36,416 nucleotides of DNA from a candidate division WOR-3 bacterium (lineage in GTDB: Bacteria; Hydrothermota; Tepidihabitantia; Tepidihabitantales; Tepidihabitantaceae), in assembly GCA_039801225.1 (NCBI GenBank), contig JBDRUH010000007.1:1-36416 (forward strand), given 5' to 3'. A program made the translations under genes and the position numbers. Under the pieces are notes generated by a model, which was not told the origin of the DNA, did not search any database, and worked only from the letters and a program-made list of their open reading frames with translations. This document shows positions 16,685 to 25,988 of this stretch, piece by piece. Position 1 is the first letter of the stretch, and each line of letters opens with the position of its first letter.

Positions 16685-17527
16685 ATGCGACGACCGAATT
16701 GGCTTAAGACCCGCTTACCAACCGGCGAGGAGTTTAACCGGGTAAATGAGATTCTTAATCGCTACCGCCTGAAAACGGTCTGCAGTTCTGCCCGCTGTCC
16801 CAATCTTGCCGAATGCTGGAACTCAGGCACCGCGACAATAATGATTCTTGGTAATATCTGTACCCGTCACTGCCGATTCTGCGCGGTAAAAACCGGCAAT
16901 CCTGGCGGTAAAGTTGAGCCGGATGAGCCAGACCGGGTGGCGAAAGCGGTTGGGGAATTAAAGATAATGTATCTGGTATTAACCTCGGTTGACCGGGATG
17001 ACCTTATTGACCTTGGTTCGGATGCTTTTGCCCAAACCGTCCGAGCGGTAAAGGAAGCAAATCCACAGGTAAAAGTGGAGGTGCTTACCCCGGACTTTGG
17101 CGCAAAACCGAACCTGATAAAATTGCTCGTTGATGCTGGTCCTGATGTATGGGCGCATAATATTGAGACAGTAGAGCGGTTGGCACCATTTGTCCGGGAC
17201 CCTCGGGCGAGCTATTCACTCTCCCTCACACTTCTTAAGACGGTGAAGAGCATTTCGCCGACAACAGTTACAAAAAGCGGGCTGATGCTCGGACTGGGTG
17301 AAACCCGGGATGAGATAATTGCCACATTGAATGACCTGCGCAGTACCGGCTGCGATATTGTTACTATCGGACAGTATCTCCAGCCAAAAAGAAGTTGCCT
17401 GCCGGTTGCCCGGTACTGGACTGAAGCGGAGTTTGCTGAACTGGCACGGGAGGGAGAAAAGATGGGTTTCCGAAAGGTTTTTGCCGGGCCGATGGTGCGA
17501 AGTTCCTACAGAGCCGGAGAGATGTAA
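16685..17527 (+). CDS. lipA: lipoyl synthase
   Basis: TVCSSARCPNLAECW, CTRHCRFC, TSVDRDDL, HNIETVERL, TIGQYLQP, VRSSYRA. Confidence 0.97.
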   Translation: MRRPNWLKTRLPTGEEFNRVNEILNRYRLKTVCSSARCPNLAECWNSGTATIMILGNICTRHCRFCAVKTGNPGGKVEPDEPDRVAKAVGELKIMYLVLTSVDRDDLIDLGSDAFAQTVRAVKEANPQVKVEVLTPDFGAKPNLIKLLVDAGPDVWAHNIETVERLAPFVRDPRASYSLSLTLLKTVKSISPTTVTKSGLMLGLGETRDEIIATLNDLRSTGCDIVTIGQYLQPKRSCLPVARYWTEAEFAELAREGEKMGFRKVFAGPMVRSSYRAGEM

Positions 17528-17528
17528 A

Positions 17529-18890
17529 TTGATAAGGGAACTTACACCACCAGAGATAAATCGCGGTCTGAAAATCTCCATACTTGAGGGGCTCTTCGCC
17601 ACGCTTTACACCACTCTGGCCGGCGGGATGTTTCTTGCCGGTCTGGCACTTTATCTCGGTGCCAACTCATTCCAGATCGCCCTTTTAAGCGCCGTTCCGG
17701 CATTGGTGAGCGGATTCAGTTTTCTTGCCGGGTATCTGGTGCGACGGGTTGGTGCCCGCAAACCAATCGTGCTCTGGACCGCAGGGCTGGGCAGGACGGT
17801 CTATCTCCTTTTTGTCCCCTTCCTTCTTTTTGGCATCAAGTTTAAGATGGAACTCTTCCTTTTGGTGGTGATGCTTTCCAGTGTTTTAATGGCAATTGCT
17901 GGCACGGTCTGGACCTCCTGGATAAGCGATTTGGTGCCCGAAGCACGCCGGGGGAGATTCTTCGGATTGCGCAACGCCATTCTCAATGTCAGCGGCGTCT
18001 TTGTGGCTTATGCTGCCGGGCGGGGAATGGACTGGTTAAAAGCAGGCGGACAGGAGGTCTCCGGTTATGCACTTGCCTTTACCCTTGCGGTCAGTTTCGG
18101 TCTGGTTTCAACCCTTCTTTTAACCCGCCAGCCTGAACCTGACCTGCCCAAAAGACCTGAACCCGGTTTAAAGGAAATATTCCTCGGACCTTTACACGAA
18201 CCCCAGTTCCGGCGTTTAACAGTTTTCCTTGCGGTCTGGTTTCTTACCGGCACCCTGGCATCGCCCTTTTATTTAGTCCATTTGATAAAAAACCTCCATT
18301 TCAGTTTCGCCGCTATCGCCATCTACTCAATGATTGGTGGTGTCATCGGTGTTTTATTTCAACTCTTCTGGGGGAGAATGGTTGACAAGTTTGGCTCCAG
18401 ACCGGTTACGGTCTTAAATTTCACCCTGGTGGGGGTAATGCCCCTCTTGTGGCTCTTCGCCACGCCCCGTTTCCGCCTGCCCATCTGGATTGATGGCATT
18501 CTTAACGGTGCTGTCTGGACCGGTGCCAACCTCGGTCTCTGGAATCTTCTCCTGGACTTGGCTGACAATCCGTCACGCAAGGAGAGTTACTTCGCAATTT
18601 ACTCGGTTGTGACCGGTTTAGGAGCATTCATCGCGGCGATTTTTGCCGGCACCGTGGCACAAATGCTCTCCAGTTTTCACATCACCATTTTATCCCTTGA
18701 CTTCTACAACTACGATGTGATGTTTTTACTTGCCGGTATTGCCCGCTTTGCCTGCCTGCCTCTCCTTCTCCGGGTTCAGGAGAGAGGAAGCAAGCCGGTT
18801 CGGCACACGATTCGTGTCCTGGGCAACTTAGCCCTTTGGTGGCTCAATGCTGGCAAAGATACCTTACTGCAGGTCCTGGGAATACGGTAA
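17529..18890 (+). CDS. MFS transporter
   Basis: About 12 TM helices, WISDLVPEARRGRFFG, WGRMVDKFGSRP; probable TTG start 17529 after GGAGA. Confidence 0.85.
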   Translation: MIRELTPPEINRGLKISILEGLFATLYTTLAGGMFLAGLALYLGANSFQIALLSAVPALVSGFSFLAGYLVRRVGARKPIVLWTAGLGRTVYLLFVPFLLFGIKFKMELFLLVVMLSSVLMAIAGTVWTSWISDLVPEARRGRFFGLRNAILNVSGVFVAYAAGRGMDWLKAGGQEVSGYALAFTLAVSFGLVSTLLLTRQPEPDLPKRPEPGLKEIFLGPLHEPQFRRLTVFLAVWFLTGTLASPFYLVHLIKNLHFSFAAIAIYSMIGGVIGVLFQLFWGRMVDKFGSRPVTVLNFTLVGVMPLLWLFATPRFRLPIWIDGILNGAVWTGANLGLWNLLLDLADNPSRKESYFAIYSVVTGLGAFIAAIFAGTVAQMLSSFHITILSLDFYNYDVMFLLAGIARFACLPLLLRVQERGSKPVRHTIRVLGNLALWWLNAGKDTLLQVLGIR

Positions 18891-18920
18891 TTTCTCTTAA
18901 AACAATTCGGCCGACGACCG

Positions 18921-19646
18921 TTAGCTGTCCTCCGGTTCAAACTGGTCTTTACTTGCCCCACAAACCGGACACACCCAGTCATCAGGCAAGTTCTCAAAAG
19001 ATGTCCCCGGCGGAATATCATGTTCCGGGTCGCCCTCCAATGGGTCATAAACATAACCGCACACTGTGCAAACATAGCGTGTCATATTATTGCCCCTTTC
19101 TTGCGGCTTAATTTCAATTTTATCTTCTTTCTCCTCCCGGTAACTCGGTGCCCCTCTACCGGTCTTACCCTTTTTAACTAGATGATAATAAGCGTAGGTC
19201 AACGGTTCGGCATCCTTTATTACCCGGGCAGCAACTACCTCAGCAACAAACAGGTCGTGGGTTACGCAATCAACTATTTCCTTTACCCTACCTTCAATCA
19301 ATGATACAGTATAATCAGTTATCAGCGGAACACCGGTAATACCAGTTTCATAACTTAATCCCTCAAATTTGTTAAAATCACGCCCTGAGCGGAATCCGAA
19401 TCGGCCAATGAACTCCAGTGGCGTATCCCTCTCCAAAACCGAAATCGCCAAGACACCACTTTTCCGGACAAACTCATTGGTCAGACTGTTCTTATTGATA
19501 GTAACTGAAACCAGTGTCGGATTAAGCGCAACTTGAACCACTGTGTTCACCACCAGTCCATTCAACCGTTCAGCGTCCCGGCTGGTCACAACATAAACCC
19601 CGTAACTAAATTTGTCAAGAGCACTTTGATTGACCTGATTTTCCAT
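18921..19646 (-). CDS. flavin reductase-rubredoxin fusion (high-molecular-weight rubredoxin)
   Basis: SYGVYVVTS...[12 protein letters not shown]...HDLFVAEV, plus C-terminal [12 protein letters not shown]...WVCPVCG. Confidence 0.9.
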   Translation of the reverse strand: MENQVNQSALDKFSYGVYVVTSRDAERLNGLVVNTVVQVALNPTLVSVTINKNSLTNEFVRKSGVLAISVLERDTPLEFIGRFGFRSGRDFNKFEGLSYETGITGVPLITDYTVSLIEGRVKEIVDCVTHDLFVAEVVAARVIKDAEPLTYAYYHLVKKGKTGRGAPSYREEKEDKIEIKPQERGNNMTRYVCTVCGYVYDPLEGDPEHDIPPGTSFENLPDDWVCPVCGASKDQFEPEDS

Positions 19647-20841
19647 TAATTTTTCCTTTCAGAACTCTTGCCACCTTTCTCCCTAACTGCTGACAGGCAT
19701 CCAGTGCATTCTGGTCCGGGACATATTTTACCTTATATGGCTCGGCAACCATCTCCATTCCCATACCTTTAAGTTCCTCAGCGATAATCCTTGGTGCCTC
19801 ACCGCTCCAGCCATAGGAACCGAATGCCATTGCCAGTTTGCCTTTCGGCTTTAACCCTTTCATATATGTCAGCATATCCGCCACGGTGGGAAAAAGACCG
19901 TTATTTAATGTTGGTGAACCGATAACCACTGCACCGGCATCAAGAATTTCCATCATAACATCACTCCGGTCATTTGCCCGTAACTTCATCACCTTTACTT
20001 CCACCCCTTCAAGGGCAACCCCGTCAGCAATCGCCCGTGCCATCTTATCGGTGCCTTGCCACATCGTATCATAAACAATCACTACTTTAGCCTTCGGCTC
20101 TTGTCTCGCCCACTCCTCATACCAAGACACTATTGTCCCCGGCCCTTTCCGCCATATTGGACCGTGATCCGGAGCAATGGTCTCAATGGGTATATTGAGT
20201 GCCTTAATTCTATCTAAGAGTTTAAGGATGAGTGGTGCATAGGGCAAAAGGATATTGGCAAAATATTTTGCCCCTTCCTGTCTGAGTAAGCTAGGATCCA
20301 ATTCATCGGCAAATCGTTCACCTGTTGCCAGGTGCATTCCAAAACCGTCCTGAGAGAAAAGAATTTTCTCCTCTATTAGATAAGAAACCATACTGTCGGG
20401 CCAGTGAAGCATCCGTGTCTCTAAGAATTTGAGATTGAGATTGCCGAGGTTGAGCGTATCCCCGTCTTTTAAGCCAGTAATCTCATAATCAAGATGAAAA
20501 TGTTCTTTCAGCGCCTTTACCCCCATCACTGAGGCAAATACCTTTTCCGGTTTTACCACATTAATGATTTCCGGCAATGCGCCCGAATGGTCCATCTCTG
20601 CATGATTGGAAATGATATAATCAATATCTTCTGGTTTAATAACCGTGGCGATGCGGGCAAGGAGTTCGTCCTTAAACGATGTTTTAACCGTGTCAATTAG
20701 GGTTATCTTATCCGCCAGAACCAGATAGGCATTATATGTTGTCCCCTGGTTGGTAGAATAGCCGTGAAAGTCCCGAACGGTCCAGTCAATAGCACCTACC
20801 CAGTAGACATTCTCAGTCAACCGAACCGCATTGAATGCCAT
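19615..20841 (-). CDS. fprA: flavodiiron protein (A-type flavoprotein)
   Basis: [28 protein letters not shown], flavodoxin domain GSPTLN and [11 protein letters not shown]. Confidence 0.95.
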   Translation of the reverse strand: MAFNAVRLTENVYWVGAIDWTVRDFHGYSTNQGTTYNAYLVLADKITLIDTVKTSFKDELLARIATVIKPEDIDYIISNHAEMDHSGALPEIINVVKPEKVFASVMGVKALKEHFHLDYEITGLKDGDTLNLGNLNLKFLETRMLHWPDSMVSYLIEEKILFSQDGFGMHLATGERFADELDPSLLRQEGAKYFANILLPYAPLILKLLDRIKALNIPIETIAPDHGPIWRKGPGTIVSWYEEWARQEPKAKVVIVYDTMWQGTDKMARAIADGVALEGVEVKVMKLRANDRSDVMMEILDAGAVVIGSPTLNNGLFPTVADMLTYMKGLKPKGKLAMAFGSYGWSGEAPRIIAEELKGMGMEMVAEPYKVKYVPDQNALDACQQLGRKVARVLKGKINGKSGQSKCS

Positions 20842-20868
20842 CGCTCACATCCTTGCGATCAAGCCGAA

Positions 20869-21414
20869 CTATTGACTCGGACTGGTTCCCTGAGCGTAAA
20901 GGGTAGCCAGTTCTGGTGGCAAGACAAATGTCCGGCTCCCCAGTTCCCGATCCAGCATCAATATGCCCCGTCCATCATTACCTATCAATCGCAGTTGCTG
21001 GGCAATCTTGGCAGTGCTGTCTTCCTCTTCAACCTGTTCATCAACAAACCACTGCAGGAGAGAATTGGAGGCGTAGTCAGCCTCTTCCTGGGCGAGTTTT
21101 ACCAGTTCGTTGATTTTACTGGTGATGAACCGCTCATGCTCATAAGCCGCCTCAAAAGCTTGAAGCGGCGATTCCCATTTCGTCTCCAGCACGCTCAAAG
21201 GTAACAATCTCACTGTGCCACCGCGCTCAATAATATGTTTATAAAACCGCATTGCATGGGTTACCTCTTCCTGAACCTGTGCCCGCATCCATCTCCCCAT
21301 ACCCTCAAACCCGGTATTATCAAAGTACGCCGCCATCGCCAGATAAAGATAAGCCGATTCCAGTTCGTGTTTTATCTGCTCATTAAATGCATTCTCAATT
21401 TTCGGGGAAATCAT
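20869..21414 (-). CDS. ftnA: non-heme ferritin
   Basis: NEQIKHELESAYLYLAMAAYF, EEVTHAM, HERFIT, LQWFVDEQVEEE; start moved to ATG 21414. Confidence 0.92.
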   Translation of the reverse strand: MISPKIENAFNEQIKHELESAYLYLAMAAYFDNTGFEGMGRWMRAQVQEEVTHAMRFYKHIIERGGTVRLLPLSVLETKWESPLQAFEAAYEHERFITSKINELVKLAQEEADYASNSLLQWFVDEQVEEEDSTAKIAQQLRLIGNDGRGILMLDRELGSRTFVLPPELATLYAQGTSPSQ

Positions 21415-21416
21415 CC

Positions 21417-21794
21417 TCAAACCCCTTTCCACAACCCGTGAATATTACAGTATTCACGGGCATAGACATTTTCTGCCTGAATTGAGAAAAAAGCCTCAGG
21501 TGCCTGCCCTGGGCTGAGAAACTCTCGGTAAGCTCGTCCATCCGCTACCAGTTCAATCCATTCAATGTAATGCTTTTCCTCCATCGGGTGGGGAACACCG
21601 CCCACCTTGACCTTAAACCCATTAGCCATCTTCTCAATTACCGGCACATGCTTTTCTTTACCGACATCCGCTGTCTTTTCTTCCATAAGTTTCATCGGCT
21701 GACCGCAACATACTAATTGACCAGCGCCTGGATGAATCACTTCAACGATATTGCCACAGATTTCACACTTATAAATTTCCAGCCTTTTGGTCAT
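21417..21794 (-). CDS. dfx: desulfoferrodoxin (superoxide reductase)
   Basis: [12 protein letters not shown]...[31 protein letters not shown]. Confidence 0.96.
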   Translation of the reverse strand: MTKRLEIYKCEICGNIVEVIHPGAGQLVCCGQPMKLMEEKTADVGKEKHVPVIEKMANGFKVKVGGVPHPMEEKHYIEWIELVADGRAYREFLSPGQAPEAFFSIQAENVYAREYCNIHGLWKGV

Positions 21795-22115
21795 TTATAA
21801 CTCCTTTCCTTTCATCAACCGGCTATCAATCCCGGTAAATCCGCATTCCGGGATATAGCAGGTTACATCAACAAACTTACAATGCTGTCCGCAAGATGGA
21901 CAGCGTTCTGGTGGGCTCATTGCCTGAAGAACATAATGACAATTTGCGCAACTCCAGTAAGGGGCATTCACTGGAACTGCTTTATCTTCTTTGGGTTTTT
22001 CTGCCCCTTCCTGCATCAATTTGTTACAGCATACCAGTCTCCCCCCACCTTTATGAACCAATGTAACAATCTGACCGCAAACCTGGCAACTGAATATTGG
22101 CGATTCTTTGCCCAT
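21795..22115 (-). CDS. small two-domain metal-binding protein: desulforedoxin-like + rubredoxin-like
   Basis: CQVCGQ...LVCC, then WSCANC...[21 protein letters not shown]. Confidence 0.75.
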   Translation of the reverse strand: MGKESPIFSCQVCGQIVTLVHKGGGRLVCCNKLMQEGAEKPKEDKAVPVNAPYWSCANCHYVLQAMSPPERCPSCGQHCKFVDVTCYIPECGFTGIDSRLMKGKEL

Positions 22116-22124
22116 TCCTACTCC

Positions 22125-22643
22125 TTAACTTAATTTCCTTACCACTTCCAGAACTGCTGCATAATCAGGCTCCTTCCCCGCCTCTTTTACCAACTGGATG
22201 TAGCGAACAATACCTTCCCGGTCTATCACAAAAACTGCTCGGGCGAGAAGTCGCAACTCTTTTATCAACACGCCGTATGCTAAACCAAAACTACCATCAC
22301 GGTGGTCTGATGCGGTAATTACCCGGTTAACACCTGCTGCTCCGCACCACCTTTTCTGGGCAAAGGGCAAATCCATACTGACCACTAAAATTACCACATC
22401 TTCGCCTAAATCTGCCGCCTCTTGATTGAATCTTCTCGTTTCAATATCGCAGACCGGCGTGTCCAGCGAAGGAACCGAAAGGAGCACTAGCACCTTACCC
22501 TTAAACTGTTCACTGATTACTGGCTGGAGGTCGTTGCCGACGAGCAGAAAATTTGGTGCTTTTTCGCCAATCTTCGGGAGTGAACCGAGCAGGGTAACCT
22601 GATTGCCATTAACCGTTACTTCACCTTTTCGTTCATCCATCAC
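22125..22643 (-). CDS. tpx: thiol peroxidase (atypical 2-Cys peroxiredoxin)
   Basis: [44 protein letters not shown]. Confidence 0.95.
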   Translation of the reverse strand: MMDERKGEVTVNGNQVTLLGSLPKIGEKAPNFLLVGNDLQPVISEQFKGKVLVLLSVPSLDTPVCDIETRRFNQEAADLGEDVVILVVSMDLPFAQKRWCGAAGVNRVITASDHRDGSFGLAYGVLIKELRLLARAVFVIDREGIVRYIQLVKEAGKEPDYAAVLEVVRKLS

Positions 22644-23212
22644 CAGTTCTCTCCTAAGATTTCAAAATACCCTTGGGGATGGGCACAGGAGGGGCAAACC
22701 TCGGGTGCCTCGGTTCCCTCATGAAGATAACCACAGTTGATGCACCGCCAGACAACCGTCTTGTCTCGACGAAATACCTGACCGTCTTCAATATTTGCCT
22801 TCAAAGCGAGATATCTCTTTTCATGCTGTTTCTCTGCCACGGCAATAGCCCGGAATATCGCCGCTATTTCGGAAAAGCCTTCCTCCTCGGCAATTTTTGC
22901 GAACTCGGGATACATTTGCGTCCACTCGTAATTTTCCCCCGCCGCCGCTGCTTTCAAATTGTCAACTGTTGAGCCAATCACCCCGGCTGGAAATGAAGCC
23001 TTAATCTCCACCTCGCCACCTTCAAGGAGTTTGAAAAGCCGCTTGGCGTGCTCCTTTTCCTGATTTGCTGTCTCCTCAAAGATTAGCGCCATCTGGATAT
23101 ACCCTTCATCCCGCGCCTTACTGGCAAAATAGGTATATCTATTTCTTGCCTGGGATTCACCGGCAAATGCCGTGAGGATATTTTTTTCTGTTCTACTGCC
23201 TTTTAACTGCAT
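22640..23212 (-). CDS. rbr: rubrerythrin
   Basis: [45 protein letters not shown]...CPSCAHP. Confidence 0.96.
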   Translation of the reverse strand: MQLKGSRTEKNILTAFAGESQARNRYTYFASKARDEGYIQMALIFEETANQEKEHAKRLFKLLEGGEVEIKASFPAGVIGSTVDNLKAAAAGENYEWTQMYPEFAKIAEEEGFSEIAAIFRAIAVAEKQHEKRYLALKANIEDGQVFRRDKTVVWRCINCGYLHEGTEAPEVCPSCAHPQGYFEILGENW

Positions 23213-23323
23213 ATTTCCTCCTAATATATTTTATATTTCTCTAAAGCAAACCTAAGACTTGCTTTACCGTTTTGTTGTTGGGTGTAGAACACGCTGCTTT
23301 GGCAGGTCGCAAAGCAACAACTT

Positions 23324-24493
23324 TTACACCCTACTATCACTTTTTTCTTCTTCCAATCCATTTATATCCTTTAGACCAGTTATTTCACCCAGTCGATTCT
23401 CGGTCTTTATGTCAAAAAAATGGAGCCTTTTAATATCAAACCTGAGGTTGACCACCTCACCCGGTTTGGGCACCTGCTCAGAGGCGGTCCGAAGAACAAC
23501 CTGCTCCTGACCGAGTTTAAGATAAATTAGTGCCTCATTACCCAAATTTTCCACCACCTCTACCATCGCGCCTTTTATAGATTCCTGCTTCCCGTTCCCA
23601 ACTCCCCCGGGAAAAATCTGAATATGTTCGGGGCGGATGCCCAAAATTACCTCAGAAGGAGGAAAACCAACATCCGTCTTCTGACTTCCGTCTTCCGTGA
23701 TTATCGGAATGGTGAATGCCGGATGCACAAAGCGTGGCGGGGCTTCCCGAACAATTTTGCCTGAAAAGAAGTTCATCGGCGGTGAACCGATAAATCCGGC
23801 GACAAATTTGTTGAGCGGCCGGTCGTAAATCACCTTTGGCTCACCCACCTGAAGGAGTTTACCATCTCGCATTACTCCAATTCGCTCTCCTAAGGTCATC
23901 GCCTCAATTTGGTCGTGGGTAACATAGATAACGGTAACCGCCAACTGCTGGTGCAGCCGGGCGAGTTCGGCACGCATTCCCACCCGCAGTCGGGCATCAA
24001 GGTTGGAAAGTGGCTCATCAAACAGAAACACCTTGGGGTTCCGGACAATCGCCCGACCTACCGCCACCCGCTGGCGCTGACCGCCGGATAGTTCTGCTGG
24101 CTTGCGGTTAAGGAGCTCCTCAATCCCTAAGACTCTGGCTGCATTTAAAACCCTATTACTTATCTCATCTTTTGGCAATCCGCGCAACTTCAGGGCAAAC
24201 GCCATATTCTCAAATACACTCATATGGGGATAAAGGGCATAGTTTTGAAACACCATGGCAATGTCCCGCTCCTTAGGCTCAACCTGATTTACCAACTTAT
24301 TGCCAATGTAGATTTCTCCGGAATCGGGTTGTTCCAAACCGGCGACAAGCCGTAAAATCGTTGACTTACCACAACCGGACGGTCCGAGAATAACAAAAAA
24401 CTCTTTATCCTTAACCTCAAGTGTCACCCGGTCAACCGCAACGACCCGGCGAGAAAAAGTTTTGGTGATCTCTTTAAGTAGGACCCGGCTCAT
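23324..24493 (-). CDS. carbohydrate ABC transporter ATPase (MalK/MsmX/UgpC family)
   Basis: GPSGCGKST, VFQNYALYPHM, LSGGQRQR, DEPLSNLDA, FVAGFIGSPPMN, TOBE domain; start moved to ATG 24493. Confidence 0.93.
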   Translation of the reverse strand: MSRVLLKEITKTFSRRVVAVDRVTLEVKDKEFFVILGPSGCGKSTILRLVAGLEQPDSGEIYIGNKLVNQVEPKERDIAMVFQNYALYPHMSVFENMAFALKLRGLPKDEISNRVLNAARVLGIEELLNRKPAELSGGQRQRVAVGRAIVRNPKVFLFDEPLSNLDARLRVGMRAELARLHQQLAVTVIYVTHDQIEAMTLGERIGVMRDGKLLQVGEPKVIYDRPLNKFVAGFIGSPPMNFFSGKIVREAPPRFVHPAFTIPIITEDGSQKTDVGFPPSEVILGIRPEHIQIFPGGVGNGKQESIKGAMVEVVENLGNEALIYLKLGQEQVVLRTASEQVPKPGEVVNLRFDIKRLHFFDIKTENRLGEITGLKDINGLEEEKSDSRV

Positions 24494-24514
24494 TGCTGAG
24501 CCCCTCACCCCTAC

Positions 24515-24585
24515 ATCATTCCGAGCTCCTCGCCTGACGGCTGACGGCTGTCAGCCAGTTGGACTCGGGGCAGGCTCTGGCGAGG
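24515..24585. repeat. further copy of the GCCTGCCCCGAG repeat family
   Basis: CTCGGGGCAGGC 24564-24575 is the reverse complement of GCCTGCCCCGAG; tcattccga matches the reverse complement of tcggaatga near 6094; cctcgcc/ggcgagg inverted repeat; ctgacgg tandem heptamers. Confidence 0.6.
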
Positions 24586-24592
24586 TAAAAAT

Positions 24593-25405
24593 TCAATATC
24601 TTTTGTGCCACAATACCGAAAGGAGATTGGCAACAGTCTCCCTGAGGTTGCGCCGGGGCACAACCAAGTCAATCAGTCCGTGCTTGAGCATAAACTCAGC
24701 GCGCTGAAAGCCCTCGGGCAGTTTCTCACCAATCGTGTCCTCAATCACCCTCTGACCGGCAAAGCCCAAGAGCGCACCCGGCTCCGAGATAATCACATCC
24801 CCAAGCGAGGCGAACGATGCCATCACCCCGGCGGTACACGGGTCTACCGGAATTGAGATGAAAGGGATTTTTGCCCGGTGTAGAAGTCCGAGTTCCGCTG
24901 AAGTCTTTGCCATCTGAAAAAGCGAGATAATCCCCTCCTGCATCCGGGCGCCACCTGATGTCGCGACAATGACCAGCGGTCTTCTTTCCTCTCTTGCCCG
25001 ACGGATGGCGCGTGCCACCTTCTCACCAACAACCGAACCCATACTCCCGCCGATGAAACTAAAGTCCATCACCCCGAACACTATCGGACACCCGGCAATT
25101 TTCCCCCGACCATAACTGAAGGCGTCATTGCGACCGGTCTTCTTTTGGGACTCCTTGACCTTTTCTTGGTACTTGGGAAACTTAATCGGGTCAAGGGTAA
25201 CGAGATTGGCGTCCAGTTCCTCCCAGGCGTTCTCGTCCAATAGGATTCTTATGTAATCATCCGGCGTTATCCGGAAGTGATAGCCACAGCGATTGCACAC
25301 ATAGAAGTTCGCCTCCAGGGTCTTCCGGTAGATAATTTCGCCACAGGCAGAGCACCGCAACCAGAGCGGCTTGCTTGCCTCTTGAGTTGAGTCGCGCTCT
25401 CTCAC
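24593..25405 (-). CDS. accD: acetyl-CoA carboxylase carboxyltransferase beta subunit
   Basis: LWLRCSAC...VCNRCGYH zinc finger, DFSFIGGSMGSVVGEK, SGGARMQEG, GFAGQRVIE, FQRAEF. Confidence 0.96.
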   Translation of the reverse strand: MRERDSTQEASKPLWLRCSACGEIIYRKTLEANFYVCNRCGYHFRITPDDYIRILLDENAWEELDANLVTLDPIKFPKYQEKVKESQKKTGRNDAFSYGRGKIAGCPIVFGVMDFSFIGGSMGSVVGEKVARAIRRAREERRPLVIVATSGGARMQEGIISLFQMAKTSAELGLLHRAKIPFISIPVDPCTAGVMASFASLGDVIISEPGALLGFAGQRVIEDTIGEKLPEGFQRAEFMLKHGLIDLVVPRRNLRETVANLLSVLWHKRY

Positions 25406-25414
25406 TATAGTAGA

Positions 25415-25442
25415 AGTATAAAAAGAGGCTCTACCCTGTCAA
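25415..25442 (-). promoter_or_regulatory. sigma70 promoter of accD
   Basis: TTGACA (25442-25437), N16, TATACT (25420-25415), then 9 nt to GTG 25405. Confidence 0.55.
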
Positions 25443-25458
25443 GGTAAAGCCCCTTTTT
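25420..25458 (-). terminator. intrinsic (bidirectional-type) terminator of the RRM gene, overlapping the accD promoter
   Basis: Minus strand AAAAAGGGGCUUUACCUU-GAC-AGGGUAGAGCCUCUUUUU, fully paired including GU pairs, ending in a U tract. Confidence 0.7.
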
Positions 25459-25487
25459 ATTTTTCTATGTGTGTTGGCTACGCCACT

Positions 25488-25766
25488 TTACCGCGAATCA
25501 CGCCTGGGTGGGCGTTCGGTGCGGGCGCGTGCCTCATTCACTGTGAGCTGCCTACCGTCCATCTCAAAACGATTCAGGGCGGCGATGGCTGCTGCAGCCC
25601 CCTCATCAGTCGCCATTTCCACAAAGGCAAATCCCCGAGAACGATCGGTAAATTTGTCTTTGATAATTTCAACCGAGGTCACTTCACCATGCTGACCGAA
25701 AAGGTCGCGCAGTCGCTCCTCGGTGGCGCTGAAGGGGAGATTCCCCACAAATACGCGCTTACTCAT
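25488..25766 (-). CDS. single-RRM RNA-binding protein
   Basis: RNP2 VFVGNL, RNP1 RGFAFVEM, LTVNEAR; GGAGG SD. Confidence 0.95.
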   Translation of the reverse strand: MSKRVFVGNLPFSATEERLRDLFGQHGEVTSVEIIKDKFTDRSRGFAFVEMATDEGAAAAIAALNRFEMDGRQLTVNEARARTERPPRRDSR

Positions 25767-25988
25767 TTTATACTACCTCCAGTAGTAAAGTTTGCGCTTG
25801 GGGAGACGTTACAGACTACGGGACAGAATTTTAGCCGACGCAGACTCTAACGGACCACAAGCCTACTATTCAGGGTCTCTTTTCTATTCAGCAATCGGGC
25901 CGGACCCATCGGCACCGATTTAATTAATAATACTAATAAAACTTCTATTTGTCAAATTTAGCCCACAGCCGACAGCGGATGACAGCAG

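Noticed and set aside
17331..17528. ORF-track N-terminal extension of the MFS transporter
   Set aside because: It overlaps lipA by about 200 nt; TTG 17529 has an SD and abuts the lipA stop
25965..25988. cacagcc-gacagcg-gat-gacagca short tandem motif
   Set aside because: Too short and degenerate to call as a feature; possibly related to the heptamer repeats elsewhere
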